Source: Candidatus Zambryskibacteria bacterium RIFOXYC1_FULL_39_10 (GTDB taxonomy: Bacteria; Patescibacteriota; Minisyncoccia; Phycocordibacterales; WO2-35-19). Taken from it: a DNA stretch of 64,000 bases. A model generated the notes under the pieces. It worked only from the letters and a program-made list of their open reading frames with translations, did not search any database and had not been told where the DNA came from. Location of the stretch: contig MHWW01000002.1 of NCBI GenBank assembly GCA_001824275.1, forward strand, positions 13,266 to 77,265, in the 5' to 3' direction. The translations under genes were made by a program, and so were the position numbers. Below, piece after piece: positions 31,538 through 40,490 of this stretch. The stretch's first letter is position 1. Each line of letters opens with the position of its first letter.

Positions 31538-32062
31538 CTATGATTGGCCGTCTCTACTCCTCACCAATCCCCTGCCACAGTAGACACAGTTAGAAACATC
31601 ACTGTCTGTAGTAGCTGGAGAACAAATTCCACTCATGTTGCAGAGAGATTCTTGGCCATTTACAAAGACAGAAGAACGCAGATTATCTACAAAAGCTACA
31701 ACTTCACGAAGAATGTCATAGCGCTTGAAGGTAAACTTAGGATGACTTATACCCTCAATCAGACGTGTGATGTGAGCATCTCGATGTGCAACCGCTATAA
31801 CAGGCTTTCCATAAACCTCTATCGCAGTCGCCAATTCATAACCAAGTCCGATTGCTGGATAGTCGCATATAGCAACAAACACATCACATCCAGCAACGCA
31901 TTTTTGTACATCCCACTCATAAACTTCTCTTGCGGTTCCAGCAACCAAACCAACGAAATCAAGGACCGTGTATTTGATCCTCAATTCGTTTTTAAGAGCT
32001 TCAACAGATTCGCGAAACTCTTCTGGGGCCTGGGTTAACGAACAACCTACATAGATTTTCAT
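31538..32062 (-). CDS. Nucleoside 2-deoxyribosyltransferase-like protein with a Cys-rich C-terminal tail. GC-shifted.
   Basis: MKIYVGCSL...DVFVAICDYPAIGLGYELATAIEVYGKPVIAV matches the NDT/LOG-like Rossmann pattern. Strong SD (GAGGAG). Start trimmed to 32062. Confidence 0.55.
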   Translation of the reverse strand: MKIYVGCSLTQAPEEFRESVEALKNELRIKYTVLDFVGLVAGTAREVYEWDVQKCVAGCDVFVAICDYPAIGLGYELATAIEVYGKPVIAVAHRDAHITRLIEGISHPKFTFKRYDILREVVAFVDNLRSSVFVNGQESLCNMSGICSPATTDSDVSNCVYCGRGLVRSRDGQS

Positions 32063-32111
32063 ATATACTCCTCTCAAACAACTTCCTGTTTTAGCTTACA
32101 CATTTTAAGCA

Positions 32112-32148
32112 AAACAAAAAGACTTGTTTTACAAGTCTTTTTGTTTTT
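32112..32148 (-). terminator. Strong terminator hairpin downstream of rplK.
   Basis: AAAAAGACTTGT-TTT-ACAAGTCTTTTT, flanked on both sides by A/T runs. Confidence 0.65.
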
Positions 32149-32257
32149 TAATATTTTTTAAAAATTACCCCTTCACTTCTACCCACGCATAATTTTCTGC
32201 TGAAAATTTGCGCGGGCCCACCTCAGCTCGCCAGCTTCCGGTTCGTAGAAGTGCGAT

Positions 32258-32677
32258 TCAACGCACTTCTACGCCCATGCTCCTACACTGACCGGCGATT
32301 ATTTTGACTGCTGCCTCTAAGTCATTGGCATTTAGGTCAACCATTTTGACTTGAGCGATTTCTTCCAATTGTTTGCGAGTAATGGTGCCAACTTTTTGAC
32401 TTGGGGTTTTACCCGCGCCTTTTTCAATACCGAGCGCCTTTTTGATAAGACTTGATGCTGGGGGGGTCTTCAAGACAAAATCAAAAGTGCGGTCTTCGTA
32501 GACATTGATTTCAGCTGGGACTAGACCTTCCATACCCCTAGTAGCTTCGTTAAATTTTGTGACGAATTCACCAATATTAATACCGGCTGGCCCCAAAGCG
32601 GTTCCAACAGGAGGAGCAGGAGTCGCCTTACCTGCCGCAATCACCAATTTTATTTTTTTTGTTATCTTTTTTGCCAT
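32258..32677 (-). CDS. rplK: 50S ribosomal protein L11.
   Basis: Starts [30 protein letters not shown]. No rplA follows it. Confidence 0.95.
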   Translation of the reverse strand: MAKKITKKIKLVIAAGKATPAPPVGTALGPAGINIGEFVTKFNEATRGMEGLVPAEINVYEDRTFDFVLKTPPASSLIKKALGIEKGAGKTPSQKVGTITRKQLEEIAQVKMVDLNANDLEAAVKIIAGQCRSMGVEVR

Positions 32678-32717
32678 TTTGTGTGGATATACTACTACAG
32701 TTATAATATTCTCGCAA

Positions 32718-32763
32718 CTCCCCTCTCCTGCCTCTAGGAGAGGGGTTGGGGGGTGAGGTTAAA
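32718..32763 (-). repeat. Copy b of the roughly 45-nt palindromic element, between nusG and rplK.
   Basis: Sequence CTCCCCTCTCCTGCCTCTAGGAGAGGGGTTGGGGGGTGAGGTTAAA. Confidence 0.8.
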
Positions 32764-32828
32764 TTTTCTTGCGCAGATTTTTGAACTTTAAAAAATCTGC
32801 ATCTTAAGATTTATAGTCGCTGCGCTCC

Positions 32829-33374
32829 TTAAATCTTTTTGACCTGCAAGAAATCGAGTTCTACCGGAGTCTCACGGCCAAACATAGGTACGAGCACTTT
32901 CACCTTACCTCTTTCTTCATCTACATTACCCACTTTGCCTTCCAAATCTTTAAACGGCCCGTCAACTATCTTGACTGTGTCATCTAGAGAGAGGTCAATG
33001 TTGTGTTTAACTTTTTCCGAATTCATTCGTTTGAAAAGTTCTTCTACTTCTTTTGGGTCAAGTGGCACAGGGAAAACTCCAGCACCAACGAAACCCGTCA
33101 CGCGAGGAGTATTGCGGACTACATACCACGAATCATCGGTGACAATCATATCTACCAGCACATAACCGGGATATATTTTTTCCTCTTCTTCAGCTCGTTT
33201 GTTGCCTTTTATTTTTATCTTTTTTTCGGTAGGCACTAAGACATTAAAAATCTTGTCTTCCATACCCAAAGACTCGATGCGTTGTTTTAAATTTCGCATC
33301 ACCGCGTTTTCATAACCTGAGTAGGTATGAATAGCGTACCAATTTCGACTTTCTTGTATTTGTTGTTTGCTCAT
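32829..33374 (-). CDS. nusG: Transcription termination/antitermination factor NusG.
   Basis: NGN domain (WYAIHTYSGYE) and a KOW domain. Confidence 0.9.
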   Translation of the reverse strand: MSKQQIQESRNWYAIHTYSGYENAVMRNLKQRIESLGMEDKIFNVLVPTEKKIKIKGNKRAEEEEKIYPGYVLVDMIVTDDSWYVVRNTPRVTGFVGAGVFPVPLDPKEVEELFKRMNSEKVKHNIDLSLDDTVKIVDGPFKDLEGKVGNVDEERGKVKVLVPMFGRETPVELDFLQVKKI

Positions 33375-33377
33375 AGA

Positions 33378-33515
33378 TTAAATAAATAAATTTAAAATTC
33401 TAGAAAAAATAAAATCAAACAACCCCAAAAAGAAAGCGGTCAAAACCGAAATAATAATAACCACCAATGAAAAGACCATTGACTGTCTTTTGGTTGGCCA
33501 GTTTACATGTGACAT
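33378..33515 (-). CDS. secE: Preprotein translocase subunit SecE (45 aa).
   Basis: I translated this by hand; it is not in the ORF track: MSHVNWPTKRQSMVFSLVVIIISVLTAFFLGLFDFIFSRILNLFI. AGGAG lies 12 nt upstream. It is in the canonical position just before nusG. Confidence 0.7.
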   Translation of the reverse strand: MSHVNWPTKRQSMVFSLVVIIISVLTAFFLGLFDFIFSRILNLFI

Positions 33516-33577
33516 TTCACCCTTCGTCTCCTTGATATAACTTATTATTGACATAGTATTTTAATTATTATCCTTAT

Positions 33578-33602
33578 TAAAAAACCCCTTGCGGGGTTTT
33601 TC
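33578..33602 (-). terminator. Rho-independent terminator for the SIMPL-domain gene.
   Basis: On the minus strand: GAAAAACCCCGCAAGGGGTTTTTTAAT. Confidence 0.65.
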
Positions 33603-33664
33603 ATTATTAAGTTGTGCCCCTATTATACACCTGACAAATTTATTGTCAAACTCAAATAACTCAC

Positions 33665-33704
33665 CCTGCCCTCTCTTACAACAAGAGAGGGGTTGGGGGC
33701 GTTA
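33665..33704 (-). repeat. Copy c (variant) of the palindromic element. Its terminal TTA supplies the SIMPL gene's stop codon.
   Basis: Sequence CCTGCCCTCTCTTACAACAAGAGAGGGGTTGGGGGCGTTA. Confidence 0.7.
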
Positions 33705-34514
33705 TTTTATCTCGTAAGTAATCGTAATTTCGGAAGTGATTTTGCTCTCACCTGTTGGCAATTCTGCTCTAGTGGGAGCTACCGAGGAAACTGCCATATC
33801 TTTGGCACCGCCGCCCATGCCCTCACCATAATACATTGGGTAATTTCCATTCTCGTTGTAATACATCATTTTGCCCAGTTTGACATCAAGTTGTTTTGCG
33901 AGCTCCTTAGCTTTTGTCTTTGCCTCTTTGATAGCGTCTTCTCTGGCCTTTGCCACATACTGTTCCCTATCATCAACGGTGAATTCTACTCCGCTAATAT
34001 TTGAAACTTCAGCCGCACCGACTTTGGTGACCATGTCGCCAACTTTTTCGGTATCTCGCACTTTCACAGTGATGGTTTGATTGACTTCATAACCTATGAG
34101 TACTTGTTTGCCTGATGGACAAGGGTAAGTTATACAAACTACCTGATTCCATTCGTATTTAGGATAAACATTGTAGTTGGTAGTTTTGATATCTTTGTCT
34201 TCCACACCCGCTTCACGCACGACAGAGAGCGCCTTGTTGATTTTTTGGTCAGCTTTTTCCTGAGCTTGTTTGACGGTATCTCCTACTTCAGTCACTGAAA
34301 AACTAAATGATGCGATATCGGGGATAGCATAAGCCTCGCCCTTACCAGTCACCATAATAGTTGATTGTGGATAAATCTCTTTACCAATATTTGGCAAGTT
34401 TTTAAAATCTGTGATCACTTTCATTAACAAAAAGACAGAAAGTAATATAAGCGAAATAGCGGCCCATTTTGATACTCTTTTTACCCCTTCTTCTCCAAAA
34501 AATTGATTAAACAT
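33702..34514 (-). CDS. SIMPL domain (DUF541) protein, secreted or membrane-anchored.
   Basis: N-terminal TM helix then motifs TIMVTGKGEAYAIPDIA, ITVKVRD and GVEFTVDD, typical of the SIMPL family. Start trimmed to MFNQFF. Confidence 0.65.
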   Translation of the reverse strand: MFNQFFGEEGVKRVSKWAAISLILLSVFLLMKVITDFKNLPNIGKEIYPQSTIMVTGKGEAYAIPDIASFSFSVTEVGDTVKQAQEKADQKINKALSVVREAGVEDKDIKTTNYNVYPKYEWNQVVCITYPCPSGKQVLIGYEVNQTITVKVRDTEKVGDMVTKVGAAEVSNISGVEFTVDDREQYVAKAREDAIKEAKTKAKELAKQLDVKLGKMMYYNENGNYPMYYGEGMGGGAKDMAVSSVAPTRAELPTGESKITSEITITYEIK

Positions 34515-34639
34515 GATATGTAATTTAGTTAATAAATATGTGTTAAGTATAATATTTTTATACACATTTAGCAAACTTTTAATAACTATAAATGCTATAA
34601 TTTAAAGGTCAATATTAGCCAAATATTAATAATATTTTT

Positions 34640-35959
34640 ATGAATTTTATGAAAAAAATAACCGTTTTCGCCTTTGTAATTTTAGGATTATTATCGCTTG
34701 CCAATTATACATACGCCCAGACCAGACCAACTGTTCCTCCTTTAGTACCTGATTCCGTGACGGGCTGTACTGGTTATGAAAACGAGTCTCGTTGCCGTCC
34801 CGAATGGGCCGATTCAGCATCAAAATGTCAGGTTGGAACATTGGGTCTCGGAGGAGCAAACACCTGTGTCACCATTGATGAGTCTGTCAGAAGAATTAGC
34901 CCTTATGTAATGGTTTGTTCATCAACATATCAAGTCGCCGGATGTGTACCTCACAAAGTAAACCCTTACGCCGCTGGTAGCCTCGCCAAACAAGCCGAAA
35001 TAATGGGCAGATCACTCGGCTACACCATATCGTGTTCAGTTGAAACATTAGGAATGGCAGGTTATGTTAATCCTATAAATAATTTAACTTATGGATTATT
35101 TACTTCATGTACTATAAATGGCCGAAGTGGTTTTGATGCATACACATTAGTAAATGACCCAGCCAGAGATACTTCGTATACCAATTGGGATGTAATGGCC
35201 ACAGAGCTTAAAAGCATCGCAGCCGCTGAAGCTTGCGGGGGGAATATAAGCAATGTTTATTTCAATACCGATGGCACCTATCGTTGCATTACTCCTACCA
35301 CCCCCACTACTCCAACAACCCCTGTCACACCAACGACTCCCACCATATCGACAATCCCTTCAACTACCATTAATCAAAGTTATTTAAGTTACGCCACAAA
35401 CTTAACCGCTACTTTAACTAAAATAATTGCCAATCTAAAAAGCCAACTTAATTCAATCGGAGGTATCCAAACTACTACTTCAATCCCAGCCAGCCAAACT
35501 ACCACTTCCTACACTTCTTCTATCACCAATGCATTAAACAATATGACCGCCAATCTCAAAAGCCAACTCAACTCAACAGGAACCGGCCAAAACACTACTT
35601 CAGGCATCGTGAGTGTCCAAACAGGAGCGACTACTCCATCCGTAGAATTAACCCTCAGCAATGGTCTCAAAAGTGGCACCTACTCTGTCGGCGAAACCGT
35701 GAACTACCAAGTCAAAATGCAAAATGTTGATTCAGTCAATTCATTTTACAGTGCCATTCCCAAAGACACTTGTGTCGGAGGTTCAGCAAGTGGTGAACAG
35801 AAACCGTGGATAGTCAAAACTGTAGCTCCACTTAGTAACTTCAGCGACCAAGTTGAGCAGTGCCAAGCCGGTTCCACTTATATTATTTCCGTCGTCGGTA
35901 CCAACAAAACTTCTGGTATCATCAACGCTTCCTCAGCTTCAGTATATATAAGAAAATAA
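34640..35959 (+). CDS. Secreted protein with a Cys-rich N-domain, a (TPT)n linker and a tandem internal repeat. Possibly a surface protein or adhesin.
   Basis: Signal peptide MKKITVFAFVILGLLSLANYTYA. Linker TPTTPTTPVTPTTPT. Repeated unit ANLKSQLNS. Confidence 0.6.
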   Translation: MNFMKKITVFAFVILGLLSLANYTYAQTRPTVPPLVPDSVTGCTGYENESRCRPEWADSASKCQVGTLGLGGANTCVTIDESVRRISPYVMVCSSTYQVAGCVPHKVNPYAAGSLAKQAEIMGRSLGYTISCSVETLGMAGYVNPINNLTYGLFTSCTINGRSGFDAYTLVNDPARDTSYTNWDVMATELKSIAAAEACGGNISNVYFNTDGTYRCITPTTPTTPTTPVTPTTPTISTIPSTTINQSYLSYATNLTATLTKIIANLKSQLNSIGGIQTTTSIPASQTTTSYTSSITNALNNMTANLKSQLNSTGTGQNTTSGIVSVQTGATTPSVELTLSNGLKSGTYSVGETVNYQVKMQNVDSVNSFYSAIPKDTCVGGSASGEQKPWIVKTVAPLSNFSDQVEQCQAGSTYIISVVGTNKTSGIINASSASVYIRK

Positions 35960-35960
35960 A

Positions 35961-36776
35961 TTATTTTTCCGAAATTAAATCCAAAAGATTTTGGAAGAGG
36001 CAGGCAACAGTCAACGGACCAATACCACCCGGGACTGGAGTGATGGCACAAACTACTGGCTCTACTTCTGCAAAATTAACATCCCCCACTAATTTTCCTT
36101 CTACTCTATTTATCCCAACATCAATAATTACTTGTTTGAAATTAACAAATTCTTTGTTTATTAAATGAGGCTTTCCAACCGCTGAAATTAAAATGTTGCA
36201 CTCTCTAGTAATCTCTGGAATATTTTTGGTACTAATATCACACCTAAAAACTTCTGCTCCTCTCTTTTCAAGTTCAAAAGAAATTGGTTTACCGGCCAAA
36301 ATGCTCTGTCCGATCACTGCCACTTTTTTACCCCTTAAACCTATTTTATAATAATCAAGCAACAAAATGACCGCTCGGGCTGTGGCTGGGGTAATTATAT
36401 TGTCACTATTTACACTTTTGGTTGTTGAAAGACCATCCGCATCTTTACCCATTGGGATTTTATTCAAAATTGCATTGGTATTTATATTTTTAGGAATTGG
36501 TAATTGAACAATAATACTATCCACACTGTCATCGTTTGCCAATTTATCTACTTCTTTTATCAAGTCTTTTTCAGCTATATTTGTCTCAAACTTTTTGAGC
36601 AATACTTCAACCCCCATCTCCTTTCCAAATTTGATTTTGTTTTTAATATAAACATTTGAATCTTCCCTATCTCCTACCTGCACAATAGCCAAACAAGGCT
36701 TCTTTTCAAGCTTTTTTATTTTCTCTACCAATATTTCCTTTATTTTCTCCCTCACCGGAGCCCCATATAAAATCAT
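35961..36776 (-). CDS. folD: Bifunctional methylenetetrahydrofolate dehydrogenase/cyclohydrolase.
   Basis: 271 aa. The typical FolD N-terminus plus ISAVGKPHLI and VGINRV align to the family. Confidence 0.85.
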   Translation of the reverse strand: MILYGAPVREKIKEILVEKIKKLEKKPCLAIVQVGDREDSNVYIKNKIKFGKEMGVEVLLKKFETNIAEKDLIKEVDKLANDDSVDSIIVQLPIPKNINTNAILNKIPMGKDADGLSTTKSVNSDNIITPATARAVILLLDYYKIGLRGKKVAVIGQSILAGKPISFELEKRGAEVFRCDISTKNIPEITRECNILISAVGKPHLINKEFVNFKQVIIDVGINRVEGKLVGDVNFAEVEPVVCAITPVPGGIGPLTVACLFQNLLDLISEK

Positions 36777-36875
36777 ATTTAAAATATACCATTCTTTTTT
36801 TCATTAACAAAAATCCCCCAGACCCACCCACAATTGGGAAAGGGTCTAAGGGATTGAGAATCAGAGGGCTAAGAA

Positions 36876-37565
36876 CTATGGCTTACTGACCCGGGGGACG
36901 ACAAGCCGATGATGGTAGCCACCACCCCACACAAAGTCGTGCCAAAACCGGTAAGCATCGATGCTCAATCTAATACTATCGCCCAGGCGCACGTCAGCAA
37001 CAGAGAACTTACCAGCGACCTTGAACAAAAAGAAGGTTCCAAAACCATGCTTACGGAACCAGTCTTTGTGGTCTTCAACAAAGGCAATGACTTGCTCCTG
37101 AGTGAGACAGAGTTCATCCAGCTCATGACCGAAACTACCAAATATGGTTTTGAAATTACCATCTTCCGTCATCTCATAAACTTCGACAGGAGTCTCCGGT
37201 TTCGCTTCTCCCGGTACATCCAGACCCAAGGTTGTGAAGTCTGGGTCAACGCCCAGTAAAAATACATCAGTTGCTTGAGCAATCGTCCACTCGCCACTCG
37301 TGGCACGGATTACGATATTCTTTCCATTGGAGATGAGTCGGAGAATGGGAGGTTTAGTTTGTGCTGGCAGTACCCCAATAAGCTCGCCCTCAATCACTTT
37401 TTGCATTGTGGAGTTGAGAGCATCAGGGTCAAGGTTTCCAGCCTTGGCACGACGGATAAGCTCGGGAATTCTGCTTTCCAACAAAGTTTCCCACTCTTCT
37501 GCCGTTGGCTTCCTTTTCATACCGTCGGGGACAACGTAGGTCGTCATGACAGTTTCCTTTCTCAA
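36876..37565 (-). CDS. Hypothetical protein. GC-rich orphan with no recognised domain.
   Basis: 229-aa ORF whose GC is visibly about 50% against a roughly 35% background. Confidence 0.5.
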   Translation of the reverse strand: MRKETVMTTYVVPDGMKRKPTAEEWETLLESRIPELIRRAKAGNLDPDALNSTMQKVIEGELIGVLPAQTKPPILRLISNGKNIVIRATSGEWTIAQATDVFLLGVDPDFTTLGLDVPGEAKPETPVEVYEMTEDGNFKTIFGSFGHELDELCLTQEQVIAFVEDHKDWFRKHGFGTFFLFKVAGKFSVADVRLGDSIRLSIDAYRFWHDFVWGGGYHHRLVVPRVSKP

Positions 37566-37684
37566 TGAGCGCGGGTTTTATATAGGTTTTGAGCCTCCCG
37601 CATTCTGATATAAATTATACACCCATTCCTCATTTCTGTCAAATATATTTAAAATATTATCTGAAGTTGTGGTATTATATTTAT

Positions 37685-38257
37685 ATGAACAGGTGGCAGA
37701 AATTTCAAAAATTTGTCTTTATATCTTTTTTGATTTTGATTATTCTCTCGGTAATCTTTTATCAAATTTTTGCCGAACAGATTGACCTCAGCCAAGTACG
37801 TCAGCAACTAAGGGATTTTGGTGTCTGGGCACCAGCAGTATTTATTTTCCTCTACACAGTCGGTACGATTTTTATACCCTCCACTCCTTTCATGGTAGTA
37901 GCTGGTATTTTATTTGGCTTTGGTTACGGCTTGCTTTATAGCGTTATTGGCGGTTTTTTAAGTTCAATATTAGTTTTTATTATAGCGAGAAAACTAGGTA
38001 AAGGCTGGGTAGAAAGTATTTTGAAAAACAAGCATTTAAAATATATAAACAAATACAACAAAAGATTAGAAAACGGAGCGACTTGGGATCTTATTTTTTT
38101 AAGAATGACTCCAATTATGCCATTCAATGTGTTAAATATTTTGATGGGAATATCAAAAATCAAAACCCGAAACTACATTGTGGGCACACTCTTAGGTCTC
38201 GCCCCTAGCAATGTTTTGGCGGTGTACGTCGGAGCTTTCTTAACAAAAATATTTTAG
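37685..38257 (+). CDS. DedA / TVP38 / SNARE-associated membrane protein family.
   Basis: Contains FIPSTPFMVVAGILFGFGYGLLYSVIGG. An extended -10 (TGGTATTAT) lies just upstream of the ATG at 37685. Confidence 0.7.
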   Translation: MNRWQKFQKFVFISFLILIILSVIFYQIFAEQIDLSQVRQQLRDFGVWAPAVFIFLYTVGTIFIPSTPFMVVAGILFGFGYGLLYSVIGGFLSSILVFIIARKLGKGWVESILKNKHLKYINKYNKRLENGATWDLIFLRMTPIMPFNVLNILMGISKIKTRNYIVGTLLGLAPSNVLAVYVGAFLTKIF

Positions 38258-38641
38258 TTATTCTTTTTTCGTCTCCTGCCCTATCACTCTTTCAATATCT
38301 TGAACAATAGATTGTAAACTTTCGTCTGATTTTATCACATAGCCGACCGCGCCCATCGTCATCACATCGCTAATTTTCTTAACACTAGAAAGATTGGAAG
38401 AAACGAGTACTGGCACCTTTGGCAAATCTGGTGACTCTTGAAGTCTTTTTAGGAAAGCTGTTCCGTCGAGCTTGGGCATCATAAGATCGAGAATCACTAA
38501 GTCCGGCTTTTCAGATTTCAATTTTTCCAAACCAATTTCCCCATCTTCGGCACTCAGAAGGATATATTTATCAGCTGGCAGAGCCGCCTCCAATGTCTTT
38601 GAGAAAAACTGGTCATCATCTATCACAAGTATTTTTTTCAT
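38258..38641 (-). CDS. Single-domain response regulator (CheY-like receiver).
   Basis: Receiver motifs KKILVIDDD...LVILDLMMPKLDG...K. Paired with the adjacent histidine kinase. Confidence 0.8.
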   Translation of the reverse strand: MKKILVIDDDQFFSKTLEAALPADKYILLSAEDGEIGLEKLKSEKPDLVILDLMMPKLDGTAFLKRLQESPDLPKVPVLVSSNLSSVKKISDVMTMGAVGYVIKSDESLQSIVQDIERVIGQETKKE

Positions 38642-38697
38642 ACGATTTAGCGAAATCGTGTCGCACGATACCCTCCTTTGGAGTGCGACCTTCTTTC
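38642..38697 (-). promoter_or_regulatory. Conserved roughly 55-nt leader element (GGTCGCACTCCAAAGGAGGGTATCGTGCGACACGATTTCGCTAAATCGT) ending at the response regulator's start codon.
   Basis: A near-identical copy precedes the nusA start at 62658-62709. Confidence 0.6.
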
Positions 38698-38729
38698 TAT
38701 TTTATTTTGTAATACATTAATAATACCAA

Positions 38730-40490
38730 CTACAAAGGTATTGTAAAGAAGAAGCATGATCCTACCCCCTCCTTTGCTACCACTCCCACAGTCCCCCCAT
38801 GCTCCTCAGCAATACCTTTGGCAATAACGAGCCCCAAACCAGTACCTTTGATTTCTTTATCTACTGGGTTCAATTTGGCCTGTTTGAAGGTGTGAAATAG
38901 ATCTTTTATACTATCTTCGGGAATGCCTATACCAGTGTCTGAGACCGCGACGCAGAGTGATGGGCTTTTCACCTTCAAATCAGCAGCTTCTGGGAAAACT
39001 GAAACCTTTGACCTATCGAGGTTAGGCAATGCTTCTTTGGGGTTATAGACAAACGCCGAAACCAAGATGGCACCACCTTTGGATGTAAACTTGAGCGCAT
39101 TTGATAAGAAATTGTTCAAAATTTGTTTGACGGCCTGAGGGTCAAATTCCAAAAGTTCTGGCACATTTTCGCCCGCCCACAAATCAAGCGAGACTCCGCG
39201 CCCATCGGCTGAAATTTTATAAAAGGAGATTCTATTTTCTATCACCTCTTTAATATTGGCCTTTTCTTTATTTACCTCAAACTTACCGGCCTGCAATTTG
39301 GAAAGGTCTAAAATATCATTGACCAATTCAAGCATCGAAGCCGAACTTTGGTGAGCCATATTTAAATATTCTTTGAATTTATCCGAACCTGTGTCCACCG
39401 ATCCCGATACAATGAGTTCAATAATTTTTTTGACTCCATCGAGCGGAGAGCGAAGTTCGTGGACGATCATACCGGTAAATTCTTCCCGCACTCTTTCTAG
39501 TTCAATATCTTTGCTGATGTCATGGAATACCACTACTGCTCCGAGTATTTGATTGCCCCCTTTTGCCAAATGATGCGCCACTGGGTAAACCCCAATTTCA
39601 AAAAAAACTTCGTCAATATTAATCCTCTCTGAAACATACGAAACTTTTTTTGAAACCGATTCCTCCAGTTTCCCGCGAATATCAAATTTGCCACCCAAAA
39701 TATCTATAAAATCAAAAATGCTTACATCTTTACTTACATCGGCTTTTATAATTCTCTTGATTGCCGGGTTGGCGACCACGACTCGGTATTCCGAATCAAC
39801 CATGAGGACGCCGTCACCCATACTTTCAACCATTGCATTTAGTTTGCCCTTCTCTTTTTTGACCACTTCTTGTAGGCGCGTCACCGCTTCCGAAGCCTGC
39901 CCGGTAATCTTGTACAAAATAGTCATATCGGCCTCTTTATATAAACCCGAAGTCACATGAGCCACCGTCAAAACCCCAACCACCTCCCCGTCAATGACGA
40001 GGGGGATGTTGAAGAGCGACCCGATGTTTTGTTTAATTTCATCAATCACAATCGCCCCAGAAAGAACTTCATCAATATTTTCCAAATCATAGGTTTTGTC
40101 GGTCAAGGCTGAGAGCGAGGCCACCATTCTGCTTTTCATTTCCGACAAAAACTCTCGGCTGACAGACTTTTCAATATGTGTATTTACTTTAAGTTTGCCA
40201 GGATTTATCACCACATAACCGACCGCCGTATAATCGATAAATTGTCGGAGTGACCCAGTGATGATTTGCAAAATTTCTTCAACATCGAGTGAGTAGCCTA
40301 CCCGCTCCCCGAGTTCTTTCAAAATAGCGAGCTCGTAGATGCGTCGGGTTGACTCTTCTCTTTCTTTGGTAATTTCTTTTTCTCTTTTTTTGAGAGAAAA
40401 GTAAAAATAAAAAACAAAAGTAATCAAAACCAAAACCACAAGACCAAAAAACATATACAAAGAGGCGCCTCCAAAAAGCGCGATATTCAT
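38730..40490 (-). CDS. Sensor histidine kinase (TM N-terminus, GAF-like region, HisKA and HATPase_c domains).
   Basis: H-box HELRSPL plus N/G1/G2 boxes (GLGLVIAKGIAEEHGG). Confidence 0.85.
   Translation of the reverse strand: MNIALFGGASLYMFFGLVVLVLITFVFYFYFSLKKREKEITKEREESTRRIYELAILKELGERVGYSLDVEEILQIITGSLRQFIDYTAVGYVVINPGKLKVNTHIEKSVSREFLSEMKSRMVASLSALTDKTYDLENIDEVLSGAIVIDEIKQNIGSLFNIPLVIDGEVVGVLTVAHVTSGLYKEADMTILYKITGQASEAVTRLQEVVKKEKGKLNAMVESMGDGVLMVDSEYRVVVANPAIKRIIKADVSKDVSIFDFIDILGGKFDIRGKLEESVSKKVSYVSERINIDEVFFEIGVYPVAHHLAKGGNQILGAVVVFHDISKDIELERVREEFTGMIVHELRSPLDGVKKIIELIVSGSVDTGSDKFKEYLNMAHQSSASMLELVNDILDLSKLQAGKFEVNKEKANIKEVIENRISFYKISADGRGVSLDLWAGENVPELLEFDPQAVKQILNNFLSNALKFTSKGGAILVSAFVYNPKEALPNLDRSKVSVFPEAADLKVKSPSLCVAVSDTGIGIPEDSIKDLFHTFKQAKLNPVDKEIKGTGLGLVIAKGIAEEHGGTVGVVAKEGVGSCFFFTIPL

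Noticed and set aside
32160-32257. A degenerate rplA pseudogene downstream of rplK.
   Set aside because: No frame in this region gives L1-like peptide. The region is only about 100 nt and GC-rich with hairpins. I kept it as a structured non-coding region of unknown role.
33541-33575. A plus-strand sigma70 promoter (TTGACA ... TATTAT) upstream of secE.
   Set aside because: It is on the wrong strand for secE. The spacing between the hexamers is only about 12 nt, and there is no plus-strand gene downstream.
36777-36875. A possible small RNA or riboswitch in the GC-rich spacer between folD and the GC-rich orphan gene.
   Set aside because: I see no recognisable riboswitch consensus (no T-box, TPP or SAM motifs) and no convincing conserved stem set. 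I cannot test it without covariation data.
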